Source: Nostoc sp. PCC 7120 = FACHB-418 | GTDB lineage: Bacteria; Cyanobacteriota; Cyanobacteriia; Cyanobacteriales; Nostocaceae | Direction: 5' to 3' | DNA length: 32,000 bases | NCBI RefSeq assembly: GCF_000009705.1 | Contig: NC_003272.1 | Location: 1,860,001-1,892,000 of the forward strand | Shown: positions 21,770 to 29,583 of the stretch, piece after piece | How the letters are laid out: the number at the start of each line of letters is the position of its first letter | How positions within the stretch are numbered: the first letter of the stretch is position 1 | The notes under the pieces: model-generated | The model's input: the letters and a program-made list of their open reading frames with translations, nothing else | Database searches by the model: none | What the model was told of the DNA's origin: nothing | Program-made: the position numbers and the translations under genes

Positions 21770-22963
21770 TCACTCCGGTAACTTATACTGCCCCACGATG
21801 CGCTTGGCAAACTCCGGCACATGAGCTGCTAACTTCTCAGGATGATTCCGCTTTACAAACAAATAATTGCGGGTAAAGTGGGAATCAATGGAGAACCGCG
21901 CATACTCCAACCCTTTAGGGCCAATCTTATCGATCACCACACCCATAATTTTTGCCACCCACATGGGAAGTGTCACACCTTTGTCGTAGGCGGATATTCC
22001 CTGTTGTACAGCCTCTTGTCGATTTCCTTCGGACATCACAGGCTGAGTATCTAACTGGTTTTGTACCAAGTCCAGCATTTCTTTCCCTGTATCATTTCTG
22101 ACAAGAATCCACTGCCAGCCGAAGGGTGCGCCCATGTAACCAACAACTAAATCGGCTAGAGAGTTGACGTAATCAAAACAACTCATGCAGGAAGGAGCAA
22201 AGACATCTTTGAGTTGGTTGGTCTTCAAGCCAAAGAAGGGTACTTTCTCAATTGAGCCATCTTCATGCTTGAAGTGAATGCGGAAATCCTGCATGAACTC
22301 ATAGTGTACGACTGTCTCAGGTGAGCGACTGGTGGTTTCTAAGAATTTTTGCAGTCCGGCGCGGGTAACGTTATCTACGCAAGGTGTACCTAAAACATAG
22401 AGCTTTTCTAAACCCAATTTTTTTTCTACAGCACGTAAGGCCTGAATTTGGCAACCAACACCAATGACTAACAGTCGCTTCATCCCAGATTTTTCGACTT
22501 GTTCCAATATGGAAAGGTTTGGGGAAAGTGTTGGTTTATTTACCCGCGCTGCTAGTATTTCTTCTGGGGTGCGGGCAATCACAGGCATGGGCTGGAAGCG
22601 GTCTTCTTTACTGTTTTGGACGCAGACAACGCCTTCCACTAAACCATGATTCAGCATTTCTATGGCAATACTGCTAACAATACCAGTCCATTGTGCGCCT
22701 GCGATTGGTTGCTGTTTCTTTGCTGCAATCATGTCTTGATGAACACCAAAGTAGAGTTCATCAGGATTATCGAGATTGCGCGATCGCTGGTGTGCCTGTT
22801 CTTCGAGTGTATCTATCTGCTGGGTAATAAAAGCACAGGCTTCCTTGACATAATGAATATAGTATGTATCGCACAGCCCGCACTCACTGCATAGTTCCTT
22901 AGCAGGACGACGGCTATTGGGTTTTAAGGCTTTGGCTTTTTGGTGTGGGAAAAGCGAAGTCAT
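21770..22963 (-). CDS. bciB: FrhB/FdhB-family Fe-S flavoprotein; BciB-type ferredoxin-dependent 8-vinyl reductase / 7-hydroxymethyl-chlorophyll reductase homologue
   Basis: 397 aa with the N-terminal Cys cluster CSECGLCDTYY…EAC and FrhB-like N and C domains (…VIGVGCQIQAL…GTPCVDN…). It resembles Synechocystis Slr1923-type proteins from memory. The precise substrate cannot be assigned from sequence. Confidence 0.7.
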   Translation of the reverse strand: MTSLFPHQKAKALKPNSRRPAKELCSECGLCDTYYIHYVKEACAFITQQIDTLEEQAHQRSRNLDNPDELYFGVHQDMIAAKKQQPIAGAQWTGIVSSIAIEMLNHGLVEGVVCVQNSKEDRFQPMPVIARTPEEILAARVNKPTLSPNLSILEQVEKSGMKRLLVIGVGCQIQALRAVEKKLGLEKLYVLGTPCVDNVTRAGLQKFLETTSRSPETVVHYEFMQDFRIHFKHEDGSIEKVPFFGLKTNQLKDVFAPSCMSCFDYVNSLADLVVGYMGAPFGWQWILVRNDTGKEMLDLVQNQLDTQPVMSEGNRQEAVQQGISAYDKGVTLPMWVAKIMGVVIDKIGPKGLEYARFSIDSHFTRNYLFVKRNHPEKLAAHVPEFAKRIVGQYKLPE

Positions 22964-23062
22964 GTTAAGCGCAATTTATTATCTCAAAACTTAAGATAGC
23001 GGAAGCCGGCACTTTATACAAAATTTCCCCGCCAGATGCAATATTTCCTTAACTGTTTGACC

Positions 23063-23187
23063 GGAAGAGGCAGGGGGAAACCTTCTCCACATCTCCCTGC
23101 CCCCGTTCGCGTAGCGTCCCGTAGGGAAGTTCGCCCGGAGGGTTTCCCTCCTTACGACTTCTCTTCCTGCCCCTTTTCCTCTTCTTG
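23063..23187. repeat. GC-rich imperfect-palindromic intergenic element (MITE / Nostocales dispersed-repeat-like)
   Basis: GGAAGAGGCAGGGGGAAACC…GGAGGGTTTCCCTCC…CTTCCTGCCCCTTTTCCTCTTC. GGGAAACC (23075-23082) is the exact complement of GGTTTCCC (23141-23148). The core reads CGCGTAGCGTCCCGTAGGGAAG. Composition contrasts sharply with the AT-rich surroundings. Confidence 0.4.
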
Positions 23188-23374
23188 ACTAGTTCTTGTC
23201 TTCAGTGGTTAGTACGACTGACTACTGACAAGCAGCTAGAGAAAGTGATAAGGATAAATTATATTGACTTATACCCACCTAATTTTTGATGTTAAGAGTT
23301 TCAAAAGTTAAAAAGGGGGGTTGTCAGAAGTTAGGTATTGTATTGCTGGAAGCAGGCAATGTGATGATGAAGCC

Positions 23375-24097
23375 ATGAAAAAAACGGTTGAAGTCCTACC
23401 GGATCAAACAGCGCTAATTGCGCGATCGCTCGATTTGATCCTGACTAAGTTAGATACTGCCATAAAACAGCAGGGGCGATTTACCATTGCCTTATCCGGC
23501 GGTAGCACACCTAAGCCGTTGTATGAAGCGATCGCTGCCCAAAAATTACCTTGGGATAAAATTCATGTTTTCTGGGGAGATGAGCGTTATGTCTCACCAG
23601 ATCATCCCGATAGTAATGAACTGATGGCACGTACTGCATGGCTAGACCGCGTTGATATCCCCGCCGAGAATATTCATGCTGTCCCCACCTTAGATAATAA
23701 TCCGGCAGTATCGGCTGCTAAGTATGAACAGCACTTGCAAACATTTTTTAACTCTGCACCCGGAGAGTTTCCCGCTTTGGATGTGGTATTGCTAGGAATG
23801 GGTGATGATGCCCATACTGCATCTTTGTTTCCCCACACAGAAGCTTTACAAGTACGCGATCGCTTAATTACTGTGGGTAATAAAGACGGTAATCCCCGCA
23901 TAACCTTCACATACCCATTCATTAACGCTGCTAGCAGTGTAATTTTTGTGGTTGCAGGTGCTAACAAACGGCCAGCCCTTGCTCAAGTATTTGCTCCGAG
24001 TGCAGATGACTTAGCTTATCCATCCCGCTTCATCCAGCCCCAAGGTGAACTTTTGTGGCTACTGGATGCAGCCGCAGGCGCGGAACTCTCAGTTTGA
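23375..24097 (+). CDS. pgl: 6-phosphogluconolactonase
   Basis: IALSGGSTPKPLYE, HVFWGDERYV and LLGMGDDAHTASLFP are diagnostic 6PGL (SugarP-isomerase superfamily) motifs. The track start at 23321 is TTG, so I used ATG 23375 (MKKTVEVLPD…, 240 aa). Confidence 0.9.
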   Translation: MKKTVEVLPDQTALIARSLDLILTKLDTAIKQQGRFTIALSGGSTPKPLYEAIAAQKLPWDKIHVFWGDERYVSPDHPDSNELMARTAWLDRVDIPAENIHAVPTLDNNPAVSAAKYEQHLQTFFNSAPGEFPALDVVLLGMGDDAHTASLFPHTEALQVRDRLITVGNKDGNPRITFTYPFINAASSVIFVVAGANKRPALAQVFAPSADDLAYPSRFIQPQGELLWLLDAAAGAELSV

Positions 24098-24266
24098 TTT
24101 TCCCATCACGAGTAATTGTTAAAATCGGAAGCTAGAGTCACCGCCTTGCTGCATTTCTCATAAAAACAAGTCTAACCTTTGGGTGTCTACTGCAAAAGCC
24201 GCTCCCAAGGTTAGTTTGCTTGTTAGCAATATATTTTAGGATGCTCTTGAACAAAGGCTTAAATCA

Positions 24267-25136
24267 ATGATCGTCTGTCCAAATTGCAACCACCCCAATC
24301 CAGACGGCGCTGTCCAATGTGAAGCTTGCTACACGCCGTTACCCGCCACTAGTAATTGTCCCAACTGTGGCGCAACTGTCCAATCTGATGCTGCTTTCTG
24401 TGGTCAGTGTGGCTTTAACCTGCACTCAGTCGCCGCACCTGCTGCTACTGTCGCTACAATCGCCCCTGATGTTCCAGTAGAAGTACCACCATTAGCTAAT
24501 CCCGACCCGCTTTTAGAATTGTTACAACCCAATGCCTTAGGCCTTGATCCGGTTGCTAACGAGAATCCCCCTGCACCTGCACCCTTACCACCAACAGCCG
24601 TAGCAGCACCCCCAGATGCAACTCCTGTAGTAGTGGAAGTTACACCTGCCCCACCACCACCCGAACCCGTAGTGGTAGAAGCAAGTATTCCTACTCCCCC
24701 ACCCGAACCCGTAGCGCCCCCAGAACCAGTTCCAGCAGTAGAACCAGCACCAGCGCCAGAAACTGTTGTAGCCGCACCTCCTTCTCCTGCTAGAACACAA
24801 TTACAGCAAATTACAGCTCGGTTAGTTCATGTTCAAAGCGATCAGGAAATAGAACTACCGCCCAGCTTATCTGTGGTTCATATCGGTAAACCTAACGATC
24901 GCATTCCTCCCGATGTTGATGTTTCCGGCTTTGCCAACTCCGAGATTGTCTCAAGGGTACACGCGGATATCCGCTTAGAAGGTGACGCGCACTATATAGA
25001 AGATGTAGGCAGTTCCAACGGCACTTACATTAACAATTTACCTCTACTACCAGGCAATAGACACCGCCTCAGACCAGGCGATCGCATCAGTTTAGGTAAA
25101 GGCGATTTGGTAACTTTCCTCTTTAAACTCGCTTAA
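24267..25136 (+). CDS. fraH: double zinc-ribbon / proline-rich / FHA-domain protein (filament-integrity protein FraH)
   Basis: N-terminus has CPNCNHPNPDGAVQCEAC and CPNCGATVQSDAAFCGQCG (double zinc ribbon). The centre is a ~110-aa Pro/Ala/Val-rich linker. The C-terminus is an FHA domain (…HIGKPND…VSRVHADIRLEGDAHYIEDVGSSNGTYINN…PGDRISLG). Architecture and the 289-aa length match my recollection of Anabaena PCC 7120 FraH (alr1603). Confidence 0.75.
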   Translation: MIVCPNCNHPNPDGAVQCEACYTPLPATSNCPNCGATVQSDAAFCGQCGFNLHSVAAPAATVATIAPDVPVEVPPLANPDPLLELLQPNALGLDPVANENPPAPAPLPPTAVAAPPDATPVVVEVTPAPPPPEPVVVEASIPTPPPEPVAPPEPVPAVEPAPAPETVVAAPPSPARTQLQQITARLVHVQSDQEIELPPSLSVVHIGKPNDRIPPDVDVSGFANSEIVSRVHADIRLEGDAHYIEDVGSSNGTYINNLPLLPGNRHRLRPGDRISLGKGDLVTFLFKLA

Positions 25137-25159
25137 CTAAATTCAGGGTATAGGGGTGT

Positions 25160-25199
25160 AAGGGTGTAGGGGTATCACTGTTTAAAACCCTACACCCTT
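25160..25199 (+). repeat. heptamer-derived (GGGTGTA) hairpin downstream of fraH; possible terminator
   Basis: AAGGGTGTAGGG (25160-25171) is perfectly complementary to CCCTACACCCTT (25188-25199), with a 16-nt loop. It is preceded by GGGTATAGGGGTGTAAGGGTGTAGGGG. No clear U-run follows. Confidence 0.5.
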
Positions 25200-25288
25200 A
25201 TATCTAAAATATGGGTACAAAATAGTAATAATTACGAATTCCGTAGGCGCAAGCCTTGTCGAAGACTATTACGAATTACAAACTAATT

Positions 25289-26032
25289 ATGAGCCAGCCA
25301 GGGAAAGATTTTGAAACTTTACTGCATCGAGAAGCCCCGATAGAAGTTGAACGTATGGGGTTAACTTGGTTAGTGGGAGCAGCGATCGCTACAGCAATGT
25401 TGTGGCAAGTTCCAGGCGGAAATTATATTTTATACCCCTTTACCATCCTAGCTACTTGGTTTCACGAAATGGGGCATGGCTTAATGGCTGTGCTTTTGGG
25501 TGGTCAGTTTCAGCAATTACAAATTTTTGGTAATGGTTCCGGTGTAGCCAGCTATGCTATCAGCAGATCCTTAGGCCCCATCGGCCCAGGTTTAGTTGCC
25601 GCCGCCGGGCCAATGGGTCCACCACTTGCAGGTGCAGCCTTGATTTTAGCCTCCCGTAGTTTTACTACCGCCTCCCTGAGCCTGAAAATCCTGGGGAGTT
25701 TTTTATTAATATCTACATTAATTTGGGTACGTTCCCCCTTTGGATTGGCAGCTATTCCCCTATTAGGATTAATCATTTTGGGAATTTCCCTCAAAGCCCC
25801 CCGATGGATGCAGGGATTTGCCATTCAATTTTTAGGTGTACAAGCCTGCGTCAGTACCTACCATCAATTAAATTATCTATTTAGTGATTCTGCTGGTTCT
25901 TTGGGATTATCAGATACAGCCCAGATGGAAAAATATTTACTATTACCCTATTGGTTTTGGGGTGGATTGATGGCGATCGCCTCTTTGATAATTCTCATCC
26001 AAAGCCTCCGCGTTGCTTATCGCTCAGTTTAG
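25289..26032 (+). CDS. M50B-like integral-membrane metallopeptidase family protein
   Basis: HEMGH (HExxH) sits within a hydrophobic segment (…ILATWFHEMGHGLMAVLLGG…), followed by several further predicted TM helices. The track start at 25256 is a TTG lying in an inserted repeat, so I used ATG 25289. Confidence 0.65.
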   Translation: MSQPGKDFETLLHREAPIEVERMGLTWLVGAAIATAMLWQVPGGNYILYPFTILATWFHEMGHGLMAVLLGGQFQQLQIFGNGSGVASYAISRSLGPIGPGLVAAAGPMGPPLAGAALILASRSFTTASLSLKILGSFLLISTLIWVRSPFGLAAIPLLGLIILGISLKAPRWMQGFAIQFLGVQACVSTYHQLNYLFSDSAGSLGLSDTAQMEKYLLLPYWFWGGLMAIASLIILIQSLRVAYRSV

Positions 26033-26165
26033 TCAACAGTCCTCCCGAATCCAAAACACATTGCATAATTGTTAGAAAGTGGCAACCTCTTAGTTGAGGA
26101 AACTGTCTTATCTTAAGTTGTGGACGTTATAGTTCAGAACTGCTAACAGATACTAATGTGACTTG

Positions 26166-27320
26166 ATGATCAGCATGAAATTTCAACTGTTGTTAGGCTC
26201 TTTACTTTCCCAGATTAAAGTCCGTCATTGGTGGCTAGGTATCTTATTGTGGATCGCTTTGGTTGCCCCAGCGCAAGCCTCTGTCATTTTGCGTGTAGCC
26301 ATTGAAAGGGGAGTCAATCAAGCTAGAGTTGGCAGTTCCACAACGGCAATTGTCAAAGATAGTACAGGACGTACTTTGGGACAATTGCCGGCAATGAGTG
26401 CCTTTTATGCCCAAGCTGTGCCTGGGGGAGTGGCTTTAGATAAATGGCAGTCTGGTTTGTTTTGGATTGAACCATCTGGTAAAGGATTTGTTTATATAGG
26501 CGATCGCTGGTTTCGGGGGAGAACTTTGGTTGTCCCCACTGAAAAAGGTATAGATGTTGTCAACTGGGTAGATTTAGAAGAATATCTCTACAGCGTTGTT
26601 GGTGGAGAAATGAATTCTAGCTGGCCGGGAGAAGCCTTAAAAGCGCAAGCGATCGCCGCCCGTACCTATGCCCTATACAAGCGAGAACAACAGCGCAGTA
26701 ACCCGGTTTACGATTTAGGTGATACCCCAGATCGCTGGCAAATTTATAAAGGTGTTAGCAGCGAATCTCCTACAACCTATGCCGCCGTTGATGCTACAGC
26801 CGGGCAAGTATTAACCTATAACAATAATCTTATTCTTTCGGTATTCCACGCTTGTTCTGGTGGACACACGGAAAATGTGGAAGATGTTTGGAGTAATCCC
26901 CTTCCTTATCTACGTGCTGTTCAAGACTACGACCAAAACATTAAAGAATGTAATTGGCAAAGAACTTTTACCCCAACAGAAATTAGCTCCAGAATTTCTG
27001 GTGTGGGCAATATTAGGGAAGTAGTTGCCGAATCCTTCTCACCGTTCCGCAGTGTCAAAGCTTTAAGAGTCGTAGGTGATAAAGGTACAAAAGTCCTGCG
27101 AGGTGAAGAAGTGCGTACTGCCCTGAAACTCAGAAGTACTCGCTTTAACGTCACCAGAGGCGCAGATGGTAGCTTTACCCTCCAAGGTGCAGGTTTTGGT
27201 CATGGCTTAGGTATGAGCCAATGGGGTGCTTATAATTTAGCTTTACGCGGCGCTAACCATCTGCAAATACTAGGACATTACTATCGTGGTGTCGCCCTCA
27301 CACCCATCAAGGCCAAGTGA
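26166..27320 (+). CDS. SpoIID/LytB-domain protein (peptidoglycan remodelling / amidase-enhancer family), secreted
   Basis: Signal peptide …LWIALVAPAQA/SV, then EALKAQAIAARTYA, FHACSGGHTEN and GFGHGLGMSQWGA, which are typical SpoIID-domain motifs. The start is ambiguous (TTG 26163, ATG 26166, ATG 26175). Confidence 0.85.
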   Translation: MISMKFQLLLGSLLSQIKVRHWWLGILLWIALVAPAQASVILRVAIERGVNQARVGSSTTAIVKDSTGRTLGQLPAMSAFYAQAVPGGVALDKWQSGLFWIEPSGKGFVYIGDRWFRGRTLVVPTEKGIDVVNWVDLEEYLYSVVGGEMNSSWPGEALKAQAIAARTYALYKREQQRSNPVYDLGDTPDRWQIYKGVSSESPTTYAAVDATAGQVLTYNNNLILSVFHACSGGHTENVEDVWSNPLPYLRAVQDYDQNIKECNWQRTFTPTEISSRISGVGNIREVVAESFSPFRSVKALRVVGDKGTKVLRGEEVRTALKLRSTRFNVTRGADGSFTLQGAGFGHGLGMSQWGAYNLALRGANHLQILGHYYRGVALTPIKAK

Positions 27321-27382
27321 TTGGGGATTGGGTAAGCTGCCCTTGCTTTAACTTGTACATCTTTTCGTGTTGGCTGTTAACG

Positions 27383-27416
27383 GTTGACGGTTGACTGTTA
27401 ACCGTCAACCGTCAAC
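27383..27416. terminator. bidirectional hairpin built from GGTTGAC heptamers, between convergent genes
   Basis: GTTGACGGTTGAC (27383-27395) is perfectly complementary to GTCAACCGTCAAC (27404-27416), with an 8-nt loop. A second pairing register exists because of the 7-nt periodicity. It lies between the spoIID-like stop (27320) and the minus-strand stop at 27484. Confidence 0.55.
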
Positions 27417-27483
27417 AAACCATACAAGTGACTATGTAATTTAAAAGCGTCGTAGCTGTGTAGCTGTTTCTCGCCTCTGTCTC

Positions 27484-28779
27484 CTATTCCCCTCTCTCCA
27501 ATCTTTTGAGCCATTCAGCCTCAATTTGCGCCGATCGCTCAACTTCTTGGTCGAGTAAGTCTGTTTCGGTAGAATAAACTAAATCCTCAGTGCCAATAAC
27601 TTTTTCTTGGGCAAACTGACTGGCGTAGTTGATTTTTTGTTGTAAAGCTGCATCGGCACTGGTTAATATTCTGGCACGGCTGAGGCGATCGCGGTTACGT
27701 CCGGCAATCTTTCCATTACGCCACTTAATCCAGAAATACCGTACTAAAGGAACACCCAAAAAACCGATCCCATAAGCCAGCAACAGCCAATAAATTCCCT
27801 GCACGAAAGCGACTAAGCCACCCAATTGTGCAGCAACCGTACCGTCTACCAATAAACTACCCAGTACCAAAGCACCAACTAGATTGACTATACCCAAACC
27901 TGCACTGAGCATAATTTGTCCAGAACTAGCCGCACTAAAACGCCAGGGAAATTCTTCCAAATAAACTGACAGTGGCTGCTGTTGTTTTTTGCTGGCTCTC
28001 ACCTGCAACTCTGGGAAATAATAGACAATTTGCCCTTCAGGACTAACACTTGGTTGCCCGTTGAATCGTAACAGCACAGGCAACATATAATCTTCGTATT
28101 CTTGTTGATAGACTTCGCCTATATCGTTCAAGTATGGGGCAATTTGTTCTGCTACCACTGCACCACGACTACTCCGAATCACAGTAGCAATTTCTTGCCA
28201 ACGGCGTTCTTCTAAATTGGCATTAGGATTACCATCGCCAAACAAAAATGAAAATACAGCCTCAAAGAAATTCAGATCACTGCTTTCCTGGCTATGACGT
28301 TGTCTTTCTGGTGCAGAATAGCCATAGTTAGGGCTGAAGTACCAAAATAAATCAGGGAAATAGAAAAACCCCCAACTACCACTAGAATTACTACTGCGAT
28401 CGTCATTATCGTTACTTGAATTCATCGCCGTGATGATCAAAAAGATGGCAATAGTAATCAGTGCAATGGAAGCAACTAGAAAAATTCCAAAAGAAATGCG
28501 AATTAGGTAAAACAGAATTTTCCATATCTTCTGCCACCATTCTTGCAATCGTAACTTGAAATATTTATTCCGTAGAACATCCCGAAAGTTTCGAGGGAAC
28601 AGGTAAACAATATCACCCGTTTCTGCTACCTGCAAATGTCCACCCGCATCGCTAGCTAAAGCTAACAACCCTTGCCCAGCCTCCGCTAAATTTAACCCAG
28701 CCTGAGTTGCCACATCACCAACAGTGACTCGGTAACCCAGTTTTTCCACAGCCTGCATAATAGTGGGATTGGGAGCCAT
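27484..28779 (-). CDS. conserved uncharacterised multi-pass membrane protein (431 aa)
   Basis: The N-terminus is soluble (…VTVGDVATQAGLNLAEAGQGLLALASDAGGHLQVAETGDIVYLFPRNF…), followed by a TM helix, an Asn/Ser/Asp-rich linker, a second similar soluble module (…GQIVYYFPELQ…), two or more TM helices and a charged C-terminal helix. Good ATG start. No enzymatic motif recognised. Confidence 0.7.
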   Translation of the reverse strand: MAPNPTIMQAVEKLGYRVTVGDVATQAGLNLAEAGQGLLALASDAGGHLQVAETGDIVYLFPRNFRDVLRNKYFKLRLQEWWQKIWKILFYLIRISFGIFLVASIALITIAIFLIITAMNSSNDNDDRSSNSSGSWGFFYFPDLFWYFSPNYGYSAPERQRHSQESSDLNFFEAVFSFLFGDGNPNANLEERRWQEIATVIRSSRGAVVAEQIAPYLNDIGEVYQQEYEDYMLPVLLRFNGQPSVSPEGQIVYYFPELQVRASKKQQQPLSVYLEEFPWRFSAASSGQIMLSAGLGIVNLVGALVLGSLLVDGTVAAQLGGLVAFVQGIYWLLLAYGIGFLGVPLVRYFWIKWRNGKIAGRNRDRLSRARILTSADAALQQKINYASQFAQEKVIGTEDLVYSTETDLLDQEVERSAQIEAEWLKRLERGE

Positions 28780-29013
28780 AGCTCTTCCCCTCCTGTTGAA
28801 ATTTTTCTCCTTTACTCAAGTATAAAGTTTGATTCTCGGAGACTTGTTATTGGCGTGGTGAGTTGTGAGTTTTTGGAAGTTATCTCAATTTTAAATTTTT
28901 TAGGTGTAAGCCTAAGCCGTAGGCTATGTAGGAATTGGGAATTACTTTCTCCCCATCTCCTTCCCACTCCCTTTAATGTTAAAATATGCTTATTAGGCCT
29001 GGTTAATTACAAT

Positions 29014-29493
29014 ATGGTTCAGTACACACTAGCTCAAAGTCCGGAAATTATCCTCACCGTTTCTGGGAAAGATTCAGCCAAAGCCCGCGACAAAGCTATG
29101 GATCAGTTGGTTGAGTTGATTGATGCTGGTAAGCTGCCTACAGAATTAGAAGAAGGATTTGGCCCTCAACAATTAATAGAGGTGAAAGAGCCATCTACTG
29201 ACTCAGTTAGTGGTGAAGACTCGATTACACAAGCTGTCCAAGTCTTGAGTAACTTAGCCACACTCAAGCTAAAAGTGCAGGAGTCACGCTCTGAAGCTTT
29301 AGAAATTCGCAAGGCTGTTGATGTTTTATTTTCCGATGATTCTGTAACGGAAGAAGAAATTACTCGCCTCAAGGAAGGTTTTAAAGTTCTCAAGAATTTT
29401 GCTCAAGCAAACCTACGCTACCAAGAAGCACGAACTAAAGCAGAACAGGCTAGACAAGTTTTGGATCAGGCTTTAAAATCACCAGACAAATAA
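29014..29493 (+). CDS. hypothetical acidic coiled-coil protein (159 aa)
   Basis: The first 53 codons of the track ORF 28855-29493 look non-coding (Cys/Leu-rich, GTG start). ATG 29014 gives MVQYTLAQSPEIILTVSGKDSAKARDKAMDQLVELIDAG… with a helical, charged C-terminal half. No family recognised. Confidence 0.55.
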   Translation: MVQYTLAQSPEIILTVSGKDSAKARDKAMDQLVELIDAGKLPTELEEGFGPQQLIEVKEPSTDSVSGEDSITQAVQVLSNLATLKLKVQESRSEALEIRKAVDVLFSDDSVTEEEITRLKEGFKVLKNFAQANLRYQEARTKAEQARQVLDQALKSPDK

Positions 29494-29560
29494 TCGTCTC
29501 TATTTGTTAACAGGAAGCTGGGCGAACCTGTTTCAGTTGTTAATGATCGTGTTGACATAC

Positions 29561-29583
29561 TCACCGAGATTCTACCTCGGTGA
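29561..29583 (-). ncRNA. hairpin at the tnpB stop codon; candidate part of an omega-RNA / IS right-end structure
   Basis: TCACCGAG (29561-29568) is complementary to CTCGGTGA (29576-29583). A second small stem, AACAGG/CCTGTT, lies at 29509-29532. In IS605-family elements the omega-RNA overlaps the 3' end of tnpB and the right end. Assignment is by position only. Confidence 0.35.

Noticed and set aside
23212-23225. Perfect GTA-N8-TAC (NtcA-type) palindrome, GTACGACTGACTAC, upstream of pgl.
   Set aside because: The six specified bases are expected about 8 times by chance in 32 kb. The site overlaps ACTGAC-type heptamer repeats. There is no TAN3T -10 box at the canonical ~22-nt distance (the nearest, TAAATT, is about 29 nt away). 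It remains possible but is not supported by sequence alone.
24585-24800. 71-aa minus-strand ORF very rich in W, G, C and R.
   Set aside because: It is the reverse complement of the Pro/Ala-rich linker of fraH (CCN codons read as NGG), so it is an artefact of low-complexity coding sequence.
20483-28855. N-terminal extensions in the ORF track (starts at 1728, 5127, 7043, 19431, 20483, 23321, 25256, 26163, 28855 and 30474).
   Set aside because: Those I checked are TTG or GTG, except 7043, which is an ATG buried in an upstream hairpin. They add non-conserved, often hydrophobic or Cys-rich residues ahead of a canonical family N-terminus that has its own ATG (GTG for rpsT). I treated them as ORF-caller artefacts and re-set the starts.
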